Positions 18,624-28,587 of a DNA stretch of 64,000 nt are shown here, piece after piece (the first letter of the stretch is position 1; the number at the start of each line of letters is the position of its first letter). The position numbers and the translations under genes are program-made. Source of the DNA: Bdellovibrionales bacterium (GTDB taxonomy: Bacteria; Bdellovibrionota; Bdellovibrionia; Bdellovibrionales; JAGQZY01); assembly GCA_041739665.1 (NCBI GenBank), contig JBGSNK010000101.1, positions 3,310-67,309 on the forward strand, given 5' to 3'. The notes beneath the pieces are model-generated. The model was not told where the DNA came from, ran no database searches, and saw nothing but the letters and a program-made list of their open reading frames with translations.

Positions 18624-19046
18624 TTAAAGATCTTTATAATGAAGGTCTTCTCCGAAGCCTTCACCACCTTCTCTTTTGTCTTTTCCTAAGGAGATGATGT
18701 TAAATGTGATGCCATCGGATTCGAAAATGTAAGGACGACCCCAAGGATCTTTTGGGATTTTTTTCATATAAGAAACGGGCCCCCAATTGTCACAGGCGGG
18801 TTCACCTTGGGGTTCGGTAACTAGAGCGTCAAGCCCTTGGTCCGAGGTCGGATAGGTGTTGCAGTCAGTGCTGTACATTTCCAGTGCATCGGCAAATTTT
18901 CGCATCATCACTTTTGCGTTTTGAACTTTGGCCTTATCAAGTCCACCAAAAATTCGACTTCCCATCGTCGAGACAAGAAGACCAATAATGGCCACCACAA
19001 TCATAATTTCAACCAATGAAAAACCGCGCCTGTTATTCAACAACAT
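18624..19046 (-). CDS. gspG: Type II secretion major pseudopilin G
   Basis: GFSLVEIM, YPTSDQGLDAL, PKDPWG and SLGKD motifs. Confidence 0.95.
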   Translation of the reverse strand: MLLNNRRGFSLVEIMIVVAIIGLLVSTMGSRIFGGLDKAKVQNAKVMMRKFADALEMYSTDCNTYPTSDQGLDALVTEPQGEPACDNWGPVSYMKKIPKDPWGRPYIFESDGITFNIISLGKDKREGGEGFGEDLHYKDL

Positions 19047-19076
19047 AGAAAACTCCTCTAAAGATATTTTTGCATA

Positions 19077-20291
19077 CTAACCCGCTATGTTTGCGAGTTC
19101 AAACATTGGCACCATGAGCGAGAAGACAATAGCGCCGATAACGCATCCCATAACAATGATCATGATAGGCTCTAAAACAGAAGTGAGTCCACCAACTTGG
19201 TTCTTCACTTGAAAGTCGTAAGTGTCACTGACTTGGTTTAACATCTTTTCAAGTTCGCCTGTTTTTTCACCAATGCCCACCATATGAATAACAATAGGTG
19301 GAAACTGTTGGGATTTCTTAAGAGGACCCGCAATAGATTCCCCTTCACTAATATTGTCGCGAGCTTCACGTATGGCTTTTGCCAAGACTTCATTATTGAC
19401 AACATTCTTGACGATGTCCATGGCGTTCAGCATAGGAACTCCACCGGCCAGTAAGGTCGAAAGTGTTCGGGTGAAACGGGAAACGGCGATCATACGAGTG
19501 AGTTTGCCAGATATAGGTAGTTTTAAGGTTATGGCATCCCACTTGGGGCGTCCACTCTCTGATTGAGTCCATTGCTTAAAAGTATAATAAAAGCCGAAAC
19601 CACCAAGCAAAAGCATCCACCAGTAATTGACCAAGAAACTACTAAGATCGATAACGGCCATGGTGTACCAAGGCATTTGAATTTCGGCGTCGTCAAAAAT
19701 ACTGATCATTTGTGGGATTACAAAAATAAACATAACCGCCAATATAAGAGTCATAAAAACAGTCATCACAATCGGGTAGAGAAGGGCAGATTTAATTTTG
19801 GCATTGAGTTCAGAACGAGCTTCTGTGAACTCGGCCAAACGAAGTAAAATCACGTCGAGAGTGCCTGAGGACTCGCCGGCCTCGACCATGGAGACAAAAA
19901 TCTTATCAAATATCTTAGGGTACTTGCGCAAGGTTTTATGTAAAGCAACCCCTTCGTTGACCTGATTTTTACACTCTGCCAGAACTTCTTTTAAGAGGGG
20001 GTTTTCCATTTGATCGGAGCAGGCGGCTAGAGCCTCGACAATTTGGATATTGGCTCGAATCAATGAGGCCAGCTGTCGAGTCATATTCGACATATCATCA
20101 ACGCTCACACTCTTATTGTTAGAGACTTTTGTTTTCTTCTTTCTTTGTCTTTTTGTTTTATCGGCAAGATCGACCACAAAAATGCCATCTTTTTTTAGTT
20201 TCATTCTCGCGGCACGAAGATTCTCTGAATCTATCGTTCCACGCACATTTTTACCTGCTTTATTGAGGCCTTTATATTCGAAAATGGGCAT
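19077..20291 (-). CDS. gspF: Type II secretion inner-membrane platform protein F
   Basis: MPIFEYKG, AGESSGTLD, ALLYP, GEKTGELE and LEP motifs. Confidence 0.96.
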   Translation of the reverse strand: MPIFEYKGLNKAGKNVRGTIDSENLRAARMKLKKDGIFVVDLADKTKRQRKKKTKVSNNKSVSVDDMSNMTRQLASLIRANIQIVEALAACSDQMENPLLKEVLAECKNQVNEGVALHKTLRKYPKIFDKIFVSMVEAGESSGTLDVILLRLAEFTEARSELNAKIKSALLYPIVMTVFMTLILAVMFIFVIPQMISIFDDAEIQMPWYTMAVIDLSSFLVNYWWMLLLGGFGFYYTFKQWTQSESGRPKWDAITLKLPISGKLTRMIAVSRFTRTLSTLLAGGVPMLNAMDIVKNVVNNEVLAKAIREARDNISEGESIAGPLKKSQQFPPIVIHMVGIGEKTGELEKMLNQVSDTYDFQVKNQVGGLTSVLEPIMIIVMGCVIGAIVFSLMVPMFELANIAG

Positions 20292-20471
20292 AAATCTCCC
20301 GAACCCTTATAGGTGAGCCTATATTAAACAGTCTTGGGTTTAGATTCAATCCCCATTACCGTGGGTGCTTGGAGTTGTCAGGCGGCCTAAAGGACCAGCT
20401 TTAAAAACTATCCAACAGTCTAGAGATTTTTTTCTAATATTTAACCAACCTCTTTGATAGACTCATAGACC

Positions 20472-21410
20472 ATGGCATTTAACTTTGATTTATCTCGCTT
20501 TTCTGGATTGGGTGGCCGACTTGGCCTCAATCAGTCTCGTCCTCCATTTGAAGGCTATTACATCTACGCCCTTTTGTTCGTTGCTGGTTGGTTTATTGCC
20601 GACATGGGGACAACTTATTTGCGTGGCGATATGTTGCCAGTCGGAAGCATTGCCAGTAGCAAACCGATGTCGGGTGGGTCTCGCTTAAAGTCGCGCCCGC
20701 CCTCGTTGTTTTCGTCTATTAAGAGTCGCAATATATTCAATGCAGACCATGTGATCCCAGACTCACTCGGTGATCTTAAAGGTGAAAGTGGCGGCGATGA
20801 AGACACCAGACCCGTTCCCACGAGCCTTCCCTTAGAATTGGTGGGAACAATTATCCATGGTCGCCACGAAATGTCTGTGGCTACCATTCAAGTTCGTGGG
20901 CAAGAAATCTTTGCCGTTATGGAAGAGGAAGAGCTTGAAGGTATGATCAAAGTTCGCGAGATCTCGCGATTCAAGGTGATTTTTCGTAATCTCAGTAACC
21001 GTAAGCTTGAATATATAGAGATAAAAGAAGAAAACAAAATTCAGATTGGGATGGCGGTCCCACAGGTTAAAGAAGTTGAAAAGACCAATTTTACTTTTCG
21101 CAGAGAGGACATTAATAAACACCTAGAAAATCTTCCAAAGATTTTACAGGATGCCAAGGCTGTTCCCTATGTTGAGCCTGGCTCTGGTGAAATCAGTGGT
21201 TTTAAATTGGTGGCAATTAAACCAGGAAGTATTTACGAAGAGTTGGGTTTAAAAAGAGGGGATATCTTAAGAAGTGTGAATGGTGAAGCTCTCGACAATG
21301 TTCAAAAAGCCATGGAGCTCTATCAAGCCCTTAAATCTGACGCTTCGGAAATCCAAGTGGAAATCACTCGCGGTGGTTCTTCAACAAGCTTGAATTACAC
21401 TTTGGAGTAA
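20472..21410 (+). CDS. gspC: Type II secretion protein C with PDZ domain
   Basis: TM, RNIFN, HR domain (LELVGTI), PDZ (GLKRGDILRSVNG). Confidence 0.92.
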   Translation: MAFNFDLSRFSGLGGRLGLNQSRPPFEGYYIYALLFVAGWFIADMGTTYLRGDMLPVGSIASSKPMSGGSRLKSRPPSLFSSIKSRNIFNADHVIPDSLGDLKGESGGDEDTRPVPTSLPLELVGTIIHGRHEMSVATIQVRGQEIFAVMEEEELEGMIKVREISRFKVIFRNLSNRKLEYIEIKEENKIQIGMAVPQVKEVEKTNFTFRREDINKHLENLPKILQDAKAVPYVEPGSGEISGFKLVAIKPGSIYEELGLKRGDILRSVNGEALDNVQKAMELYQALKSDASEIQVEITRGGSSTSLNYTLE

Positions 21411-21550
21411 ATGGCGCAACGCACCTTAAGACCTTCTCTAGCCTACACTCTCGACCTTGGGCGCGAACATAGACCTTGGCGAGGGATCAAGCTTAAGTTC
21501 TGGATTTTTATAGGCTTTAATAGACTTTGCAGCACCATAGGAAGGTCATA

Positions 21551-24019
21551 ATGAAGACATTGCCCATCATGTTGAGAACCGCCCTGGTTTTATTTTTAGT
21601 CCAAGGTATTTCGGCATCGGCTCAAGAAGAGCCCTTTTTTGACAATGAAGAAGAATTAATTTCACAAGAAGAAGAGCGTTTGGCTCAACCGCAAGGCCTT
21701 CAAGAGCAAGAGTCTCCTGTCCAGGATCCCATCGCTCCACCCACAACTCGATTTGGCAATCGCAATCGTTTTCGCAACCAAAACACTCAGCAAACACAAC
21801 CGACCATCAGTGCGCCGACTCCGACGAATAATCTTCCGACAACACCGGTTCAAGATTTTGAGGTGACCAAGGCAGAGAAGCAACCTAAAAAGAAAATGAC
21901 TTTTGCTGAAGCTCAACCCGAAGATATCACCGATGAAAACTTTCCCGATATCATCGAGAGTTTTAACTACCCCAATGCCAACATCATGGATGTGGCAAAT
22001 GCCATTGGTAAGTTGACTAAAAAGAACTTTGTGATCGAGCCGGGCGTAAACGGAAAGATAAGCATCATCGCTCCCACCCCCGTGACAGTTGCTCAGGCTT
22101 GGAAGATCTTTTTGTCAGCTCTTGCTATTAACGACTACACCATTGTTCCTACGGGCGACGGTTATCTTAAAATTCGCAAAGAAAGCAACGCCAAAAACGA
22201 CTCAATTGAAACCTACTCGGGTGCTTACTTTCCGACAGCTGACCAATTGATCACACGAATAATTCAACTGAAGTACATCCAAGCCGAGAGTGTTAAGAAA
22301 AGTCTTGAGAAATTTGTCTCAAAAAAAGCAGGTGATGTTGAGGCCTACGAAAACACCAACTCTATTATTGTTTCTGGCTATGGTTCGAGCGTGGAAAGGA
22401 TCTCGCGTATTATCGAAGAGCTCGATCGCCCTGGCTTCGAAGAACGCCTTGAGGTTCTGCCGATTCGTCACGCCAAAGCCAAAGATATAGCAGAGCTAAT
22501 AGAAAAAATTATTAAAGACGGTGAGGACAAAGATGGTGGCTCTTCGGCCAGTCGCTTTGCTCGCTCTCGCTTTGCCAATCAAGAAGGAGGCCGAGCTGAA
22601 AACCTTAAGCTTGTGGCTCCGGATGAGCGAACAAACTCCATTATTGTGGTGGGTAACAAGCAGGGAATCGATCGTATTCGAGAGTTGGTCAAGCAACTCG
22701 ACTACCCTCTTGATCCGGCTGATGCAGGTGGCGTATATGTCTATTATGTCAAACATGGTGAGGCCGCCAAGATTGCAGAAACCCTATCTGGAATAGCAGA
22801 ACAAGCGGAAAAGTCTGTAGAGAAAAGCGATAGCAAAAAAGACAGTAGCTTTCGCCCACCCCAGGTACAAAGACCTATATTTGGTGGAAACGTAGGTATA
22901 AAAGCAGATGAAAATACCAACAGCTTGATCATCACAGCCAGTAAACAGGATTATAAGGTTGTTAAAAATCTTCTTGCGAAAATAGATATTCCTAAAGATC
23001 AGGTTTTTGTTGAAGCTGTTATTATGGAAATGGATGCTTCTAACGATACGATCTGGAATATGAACTATATGAAGTTCTTTCAAAGTGATAATCAAGACAA
23101 CTTGAACACTCCCGGGCAAGGCGTGGCTCGCGCAGGTTTCACTGGAGGAAGCATTGGCGATCTTCTCAATCCGACAAGTGGTAATGGAGCGATTTTGAAC
23201 CTGGGAGATCCGAGTGAAACGATTCGTATCCAAACCCCTACGGGTGTGATTGAAATTCCCAGCTTGATCGCACTGGTCAATTTTCTAAAAAAACGCATCA
23301 ATGCCAATATTCTTTCTACACCTAATATTTTGGCGATGGACAATGAAGAATCAGAGATTGAAGTGGGAGACGAGGTCCCTGTGGGACAAACCCAAGCTGC
23401 AGGACAAGCGGGCTTAAATACCTTTACTCCGCAGTTTCGTGACGCCACCATCTTACTTAAAATCAAGCCGTTCATCAGTCCTGATTCGGATTTAGTTCGC
23501 CTTAATGTGGAACAAAAAATCCAAAAGGTGAGTAACAAAACCATTGCCGCTGAAAACTTAGCTGCAAATACACAATCTTTGACTAAAAAATCTTTAAAGA
23601 CAAATATCGTTTTGCAAAGCGGTCAAACGGCAGTATTGGGTGGTTTAATGGAGGATTCGGATTCTGTCACAGAGACAAAGATTCCCTTACTTGGCGATAT
23701 CCCAGTTTTGGGTTGGCTTTTTCGCAATCGCACTGTCACGCAAAAGAAAATGAATTTGGTAGTCTTTTTAACTCCTACCATTATTCGCAATTCCGAGGGG
23801 CATAAGAAAATCTTGCGAGAAAAAATGGCGGATCGTATTGATTGGATCAAGCAGAACTCTGGTGGACGAGATCCTTATGGAGCTAAATTTAATAGCATGA
23901 TAAGTGAGTCAAAGGATACGGGGCAAAATTTCTCTCAAAAGACGGATGAAATTGAATTGGACCTAGAAGAGGCCACACCTCTTGGAGCCGAGCCAGAACT
24001 CGAAAGTGAAAGGTTTTAA
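21551..24019 (+). CDS. gspD: Type II secretion secretin D
   Basis: Signal peptide, N domains (DERTNSI), QVFVEAVIME, STPNILAMDNEES and KIPLLGDIPVLGWLF motifs; SD AGGAAGG before ATG 21551. Confidence 0.96.
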   Translation: MKTLPIMLRTALVLFLVQGISASAQEEPFFDNEEELISQEEERLAQPQGLQEQESPVQDPIAPPTTRFGNRNRFRNQNTQQTQPTISAPTPTNNLPTTPVQDFEVTKAEKQPKKKMTFAEAQPEDITDENFPDIIESFNYPNANIMDVANAIGKLTKKNFVIEPGVNGKISIIAPTPVTVAQAWKIFLSALAINDYTIVPTGDGYLKIRKESNAKNDSIETYSGAYFPTADQLITRIIQLKYIQAESVKKSLEKFVSKKAGDVEAYENTNSIIVSGYGSSVERISRIIEELDRPGFEERLEVLPIRHAKAKDIAELIEKIIKDGEDKDGGSSASRFARSRFANQEGGRAENLKLVAPDERTNSIIVVGNKQGIDRIRELVKQLDYPLDPADAGGVYVYYVKHGEAAKIAETLSGIAEQAEKSVEKSDSKKDSSFRPPQVQRPIFGGNVGIKADENTNSLIITASKQDYKVVKNLLAKIDIPKDQVFVEAVIMEMDASNDTIWNMNYMKFFQSDNQDNLNTPGQGVARAGFTGGSIGDLLNPTSGNGAILNLGDPSETIRIQTPTGVIEIPSLIALVNFLKKRINANILSTPNILAMDNEESEIEVGDEVPVGQTQAAGQAGLNTFTPQFRDATILLKIKPFISPDSDLVRLNVEQKIQKVSNKTIAAENLAANTQSLTKKSLKTNIVLQSGQTAVLGGLMEDSDSVTETKIPLLGDIPVLGWLFRNRTVTQKKMNLVVFLTPTIIRNSEGHKKILREKMADRIDWIKQNSGGRDPYGAKFNSMISESKDTGQNFSQKTDEIELDLEEATPLGAEPELESERF

Positions 24020-24024
24020 AATAG

Positions 24025-25716
24025 ATGGTTCCAAGTTCAGCAATCGAAGGGATTATTCAAAAATCCACCAGTCTCAGTGAGGAGCAAATCCAGCTTCTCC
24101 TGGATTCAGATTTTGGTGATTCTAAGACCATTCGTAAAAGTCTCGAAGAGATCAGTGAACCGACCACAGACTCGGTGATGGAAAAACTCAGCCAGCGTGT
24201 TGGCTTTCGTTTCATGAAAGATATTATTGTCAACGAGATTTCTATGGATATGATTCGTGGAATTTCTATTAACTACGCCAAAACATTTGAAATATTACCT
24301 TATAAAGACGAAAACAATGAAGTTTTGGTCTTGACTACAAACCCGCTAAACATCAACGTGCTCGATGATTTGCGCCTTCTTTTCAAAAAGAATGTGGTCC
24401 CTATCTTGACCACAAAAATCAAACTTCTCGATGCGATCAATCGTGTTTACGAAAAAGGGACGGCCAATCTTGAAGGTCTGGATGATATTGACCAGGACAG
24501 TTATGATTTGGACGAACCTGTCATCGATCTTCTCGAAGCAGCCGATGACGACGCTCCTGTGATTCGGCTCGTGAACACCTTGTTGTCGCGAGCGGTGAAA
24601 GAAAAAGCTTCGGACATCCATTTTGAACCCTACGAGAGGGACATGGTCGTGCGCTTTCGCGTGGATGGTGTTCTTTACGATGTGTTCAAGCCGCCTAAGA
24701 AACTACAAAATGCGATCACCTCTAGAATTAAAGTCATGGGGGATCTTAATATTGCAGAGAAGCGTTTACCTCAAGATGGTCGCATTCAAGTGCGCATCGG
24801 TGGAAAAGATATTGATGTGCGTTTAAACGTCGTTCCAACGGCTCATGGAGAGCGGGCGGTGATGCGACTTCAGGATCGAACCAATGTTGTTTTAAATCTC
24901 AATCAAATTGGTTTTTCTCAAGAAAATTTGGATAAGTTGAAGGCGCTCATTCAGCGGACCTATGGGATTATTTTAGTGACCGGCCCAACAGGGAGCGGTA
25001 AGTCCACAACACTGTACGCCTCTTTGCAAGAGCTCAACTCAATTGACACCAACATTATCACTGTCGAAGACCCCGTGGAGCAAAGAATTCAGGGTATTGG
25101 ACAAATTCAGGTGAATTCAAAAATTGGTCTCACATTTTCAAGTGGTTTGCGTGCAATTCTCCGCCAAGATCCCGATATTATCATGATTGGAGAGATTCGA
25201 GATTTAGAAACAGCTGAGATTGCCATCAACTCGTCTCTAACCGGTCACTTAGTGCTGTCCACTATTCACACCAACGATGCCGCGGGTGCTTTTCCACGTA
25301 TGATTGATATGGGTTGTGAACCTTTTTTAATTGCCACCTCTTTACTTGGTGTGATTTCACAGCGTTTGGTGCGAGTCTTGTGTCCCCATTGCAAATTGGC
25401 CTATGAACCTACCCCTCTTGAAATGCGAAACTTAGGTTTAAATCCCGATATCTTAAAGTACCACAATATTCATAAAGCAGTTGGCTGTAACAAGTGCAAT
25501 AATAAAGGTTATATTGGGCGAACTCTAATTCAAGAGTTGTTGATGGTGACTGAAGAGATTCGAACCTTGATTATGAAAAGGTTAGACTCAAGTGTGATTA
25601 AGAAAAAAGCAATCGAGCAGGGAATGAAGACCTTCCGCGACCACGGAATTGATAAGGTCATCCAGGGAATTACGACCATCGAAGAAGTTCTCTCGAACAC
25701 CCAAGAGGATATTTAA
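24025..25716 (+). CDS. gspE: Type II secretion ATPase E
   Basis: ASDIHFEP, Walker A GPTGSGKST, LRQDPDIIMIGEIRD, zinc-binding CPHC/CNKC. Confidence 0.97.
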   Translation: MVPSSAIEGIIQKSTSLSEEQIQLLLDSDFGDSKTIRKSLEEISEPTTDSVMEKLSQRVGFRFMKDIIVNEISMDMIRGISINYAKTFEILPYKDENNEVLVLTTNPLNINVLDDLRLLFKKNVVPILTTKIKLLDAINRVYEKGTANLEGLDDIDQDSYDLDEPVIDLLEAADDDAPVIRLVNTLLSRAVKEKASDIHFEPYERDMVVRFRVDGVLYDVFKPPKKLQNAITSRIKVMGDLNIAEKRLPQDGRIQVRIGGKDIDVRLNVVPTAHGERAVMRLQDRTNVVLNLNQIGFSQENLDKLKALIQRTYGIILVTGPTGSGKSTTLYASLQELNSIDTNIITVEDPVEQRIQGIGQIQVNSKIGLTFSSGLRAILRQDPDIIMIGEIRDLETAEIAINSSLTGHLVLSTIHTNDAAGAFPRMIDMGCEPFLIATSLLGVISQRLVRVLCPHCKLAYEPTPLEMRNLGLNPDILKYHNIHKAVGCNKCNNKGYIGRTLIQELLMVTEEIRTLIMKRLDSSVIKKKAIEQGMKTFRDHGIDKVIQGITTIEEVLSNTQEDI

Positions 25717-25744
25717 AGCGACCCTCAAAATTGCTACGATTCTG

Positions 25745-25878
25745 TCTGTTTCTTTTCCGAAATGCTTTTGTATGACTAGGCTCTGGCAAGTGTGATGCGT
25801 TTTCACCCTTAGGGTGAAATGCCAGAAGGGCTTGGAGCCCGGCCTAGAAATACAAAAGCATTTCGGAAAAGAAACAGA
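25745..25878. repeat. 134-bp element with perfect 29-bp terminal inverted repeats (MITE-like or structured RNA)
   Basis: TCTGTTTCTTTTCCGAAATGCTTTTGTAT (25745-25773) and its exact reverse complement (25850-25878), with nested internal stems. Confidence 0.85.
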
Positions 25879-25895
25879 AAACTAGGTGCTTTTGT

Positions 25896-26570
25896 TTAGG
25901 CCGATTTCCAGAATGAGTTGAGGATGGGGTCCATGTCGATAGAGCTCAGCGAGGGCACGTGGTAAAGCCCCTTACGCTTAAAGTCCGCAACATGAAAATC
26001 AAAACAAGGTCCAACGTGGATGCATTGGTTGATCAGATTCTCGTTACTAAGTGTTTCGATAATTTTGATCGCATCTTTAGATTGAGTGTCACAGAACTCG
26101 TAGAGTCCAGATTCACTGTTCCAAATAGCTGCGCCGTACTCCTCAAGGCTGAGTCCAGTTAGCAAAGTCGATTCTTCTTGAAGGGCTGGTTTGCCTTTCA
26201 CCAATTCACATTCTGAAATGAATTCTTCTAAACTTATTTGCTGTGAGCAGACTTTGAGAGCGGAGGCTCCCCCTAAATGACCTATCAAATATTGCGGGCG
26301 ATTGTGAAATCTAACAAAGCGATCAAATAGTCCCACTTGAACTGTCGCCGCAATCAAAGAGCGCATACTCGGTTGAGACGAAAACACATCGTCCGCTGCC
26401 ATGGTATGAGAGAGTAGATCGTAGGATCCAGTTTCCCCTAATAAATTGTCCAGAATAATTTGAGCGGTTTTGAGTTTGCGTGACACTTCTGGAATTCTTA
26501 AAACCGAATGCCTTGTTGAAAAATCGTCAAGCCCCCTACGACCAGCGAAGAGCAAACAAACTTGCTGCAT
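25896..26570 (-). CDS. FabD/acyltransferase-like protein with a degenerate active site
   Basis: LLFAGRRG, ..VQVGLF..P.YLIGHLGG.SAL...ISLEE resembles malonyl-CoA:ACP transacylase; SD AAGGGG before ATG 26570. Confidence 0.55.
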   Translation of the reverse strand: MQQVCLLFAGRRGLDDFSTRHSVLRIPEVSRKLKTAQIILDNLLGETGSYDLLSHTMAADDVFSSQPSMRSLIAATVQVGLFDRFVRFHNRPQYLIGHLGGASALKVCSQQISLEEFISECELVKGKPALQEESTLLTGLSLEEYGAAIWNSESGLYEFCDTQSKDAIKIIETLSNENLINQCIHVGPCFDFHVADFKRKGLYHVPSLSSIDMDPILNSFWKSA

Positions 26571-26814
26571 AAATTTCCCCTTATAGATTTGAGACACCCC
26601 AAATTTATGTCTCAGCGGTATGAAACCAGAGCTGAGCCGCTTTGAATACGATAAAGATTTCATGGCACCTGTAAATAGTTTAATTTTAGGGTTTCAGGGA
26701 AAGCTAAACCCGTGAAATTTCAGTAATACGTGCTCATTATAAAAAATTATTTTAATTACCCCAAAATAATGCATTAAGTCACGCAGGCTAAGTGCTCATG
26801 CTAATTAAGGAAAA

Positions 26815-27927
26815 TTAAAAGTAGGCAAACTGAAAATCAGGCGCAGGATTGAAAGGGTTGGGATGTAAAAAGGGCGGAAGACGTTTGTGAGTATCAAGAA
26901 CCGAATAAAACCCATAGGGTACATTTATCGACATAAAGGAGCGAGGTGGACGAGTGGCAAATTCACCATGATAGTTGGGGTAGATCAAAATTTCTTTTTG
27001 GCTACTGTGATCATAGGCGAAGCTGAGTAAGGAGTAAAAAATATCGGGATTGTCGCAGGCACTGTGGGTGATGTGTTTGAGTCGGAAAGGCTGTCCCGGA
27101 GTGGGTAAGGGGCGAGCCATGCCCAGAAGAGCAAGGCTGCGACTGGTGCTGTAGTACTGAAAGCTTTTGCCATGATATTTTTCGACAATAACCTGTTGGA
27201 CGGGTGAATTATCCCATGGAGCCATGCAACCAATTAGTTTGTGATTACGATCGCGAGCAAGCAGAAAACTTTCCATACTAAAATTAGGCCAAGAGTTGAT
27301 TCGCTTTTTCAAGAGATCTGGGGTGAGGTTGTATCTTAAGGGGCGGCGTACAGATTTTTCTTTTAAATACTGGCAAATCTCTTCGATATCACTTTCCAGT
27401 CCGTGTTTAATTTGAATAGAACTTAATGGTTGGTTGGCAAAAAGGAAGCGACCGTAAATTGCGACCAGATTAAATTTTCTGAACAGGTGATAACTGGGCA
27501 AACGGTGATCAGGTTGGCGCCGACGCAGCAGCAAGTTGTAGGCTTTGCTTTCAAAAAGTTCTAAATCGGAAAAAAGAAACTGACACTGTCTCTCGTCGCG
27601 CAACTGTTCGAAAGCAGGTACAAACTCTTTGGCCCAGTTCAGAGTCGCCTCGCGTGAGCTGGACACTCTCAGGTCTGTTAGATAACCCACGGTCTGCTCC
27701 TGATCGTTGACGTAGGCTTTTTTAAAAAGCACAGAGGCCATGGCGTGGATCTGGGAGCTTTGATCTTTTAATATGAAAGTATGAAAGTCATCAGTCGTGA
27801 GTTTGTATTGATCAAAAAAAGAGCTGGGACGAGTCAAACGATAGCTATACAGGCCCCGTACCACTTGAGTGCCAAAGAAGCGCTTAAGCTCTTGATCGTC
27901 CTCATCGGTGGCATGACTCAAAAGCAT
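26815..27927 (-). CDS. GNAT / acyl-CoA N-acyltransferase-like protein
   Basis: VGYLTDLRV motif, apparent tandem-GNAT length; starts 2 nt after the pduO stop. Confidence 0.55.
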   Translation of the reverse strand: MLLSHATDEDDQELKRFFGTQVVRGLYSYRLTRPSSFFDQYKLTTDDFHTFILKDQSSQIHAMASVLFKKAYVNDQEQTVGYLTDLRVSSSREATLNWAKEFVPAFEQLRDERQCQFLFSDLELFESKAYNLLLRRRQPDHRLPSYHLFRKFNLVAIYGRFLFANQPLSSIQIKHGLESDIEEICQYLKEKSVRRPLRYNLTPDLLKKRINSWPNFSMESFLLARDRNHKLIGCMAPWDNSPVQQVIVEKYHGKSFQYYSTSRSLALLGMARPLPTPGQPFRLKHITHSACDNPDIFYSLLSFAYDHSSQKEILIYPNYHGEFATRPPRSFMSINVPYGFYSVLDTHKRLPPFLHPNPFNPAPDFQFAYF

Positions 27928-27929
27928 GT

Positions 27930-28487
27930 TCAAACTTTCCACTCGGGAGTGTTGCATTTCAGACGAATATTAATAAGCCGTGAAAAGACAAAAAAATAAT
28001 CACTCAATCGATTGAGAAATGCAATCGCCGGGAGATTTAATTTTTCAGAAGCATCCAACTCAACACAGAGGCGCTCAGCCCGCCTTGCCACAGTTCGACA
28101 GACATGGGCTTGAGCCGCAGCTAGATGTCCTCCTGGTAGGATGAAGTTCTTGAGCAATGGAAGCTCTTGCTCGCATCCGTCGATTTTCTTCTCGAGGCTT
28201 TCGATTTCTTTACTGCTGATAGTGGGGAGTTTTTGGGCCATTACTGGATCCGCACAGGCCAGCTGACTTCCCAATTGAAACAACCAGCTCTGGATGTCTT
28301 GCAGATGGAGAATTTCAGCAGAAAAAATTGGCTCTTCATTCATAAGATAGCTTGCCAGCAGCCCCAAATGGGAGTTGAGTTCGTCTACTGTACCGTAGCA
28401 GTGGATTCTCAGATGGCTTTTACGAATAGTTTTTCCGTCTACGAGGCCAGTTTCGCCCTGATCACCTTTTTTAGTATAAATCTTCAT
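27930..28487 (-). CDS. pduO: ATP:cob(I)alamin adenosyltransferase (PduO type)
   Basis: KIYTKKGDQGET, YGTVDELNS, FILPGG, RTVARRAER and LNRLSDYFF motifs. Confidence 0.95.
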   Translation of the reverse strand: MKIYTKKGDQGETGLVDGKTIRKSHLRIHCYGTVDELNSHLGLLASYLMNEEPIFSAEILHLQDIQSWLFQLGSQLACADPVMAQKLPTISSKEIESLEKKIDGCEQELPLLKNFILPGGHLAAAQAHVCRTVARRAERLCVELDASEKLNLPAIAFLNRLSDYFFVFSRLINIRLKCNTPEWKV

Positions 28488-28587
28488 GGAGCTCCTAATA
28501 AGAAGTTTCAATTTATCCTATGCGCAAATCCCGGTCAAATTGGCAAAACTTATTGTTTTTAAGTCCCAACCCATCTATTAATTTGGT

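Noticed and set aside
20292-20471. Invertible (phase-variable) switch flanking gspCDE
   Set aside because: No inverted repeat shared with 25717-25895 and no recombinase nearby
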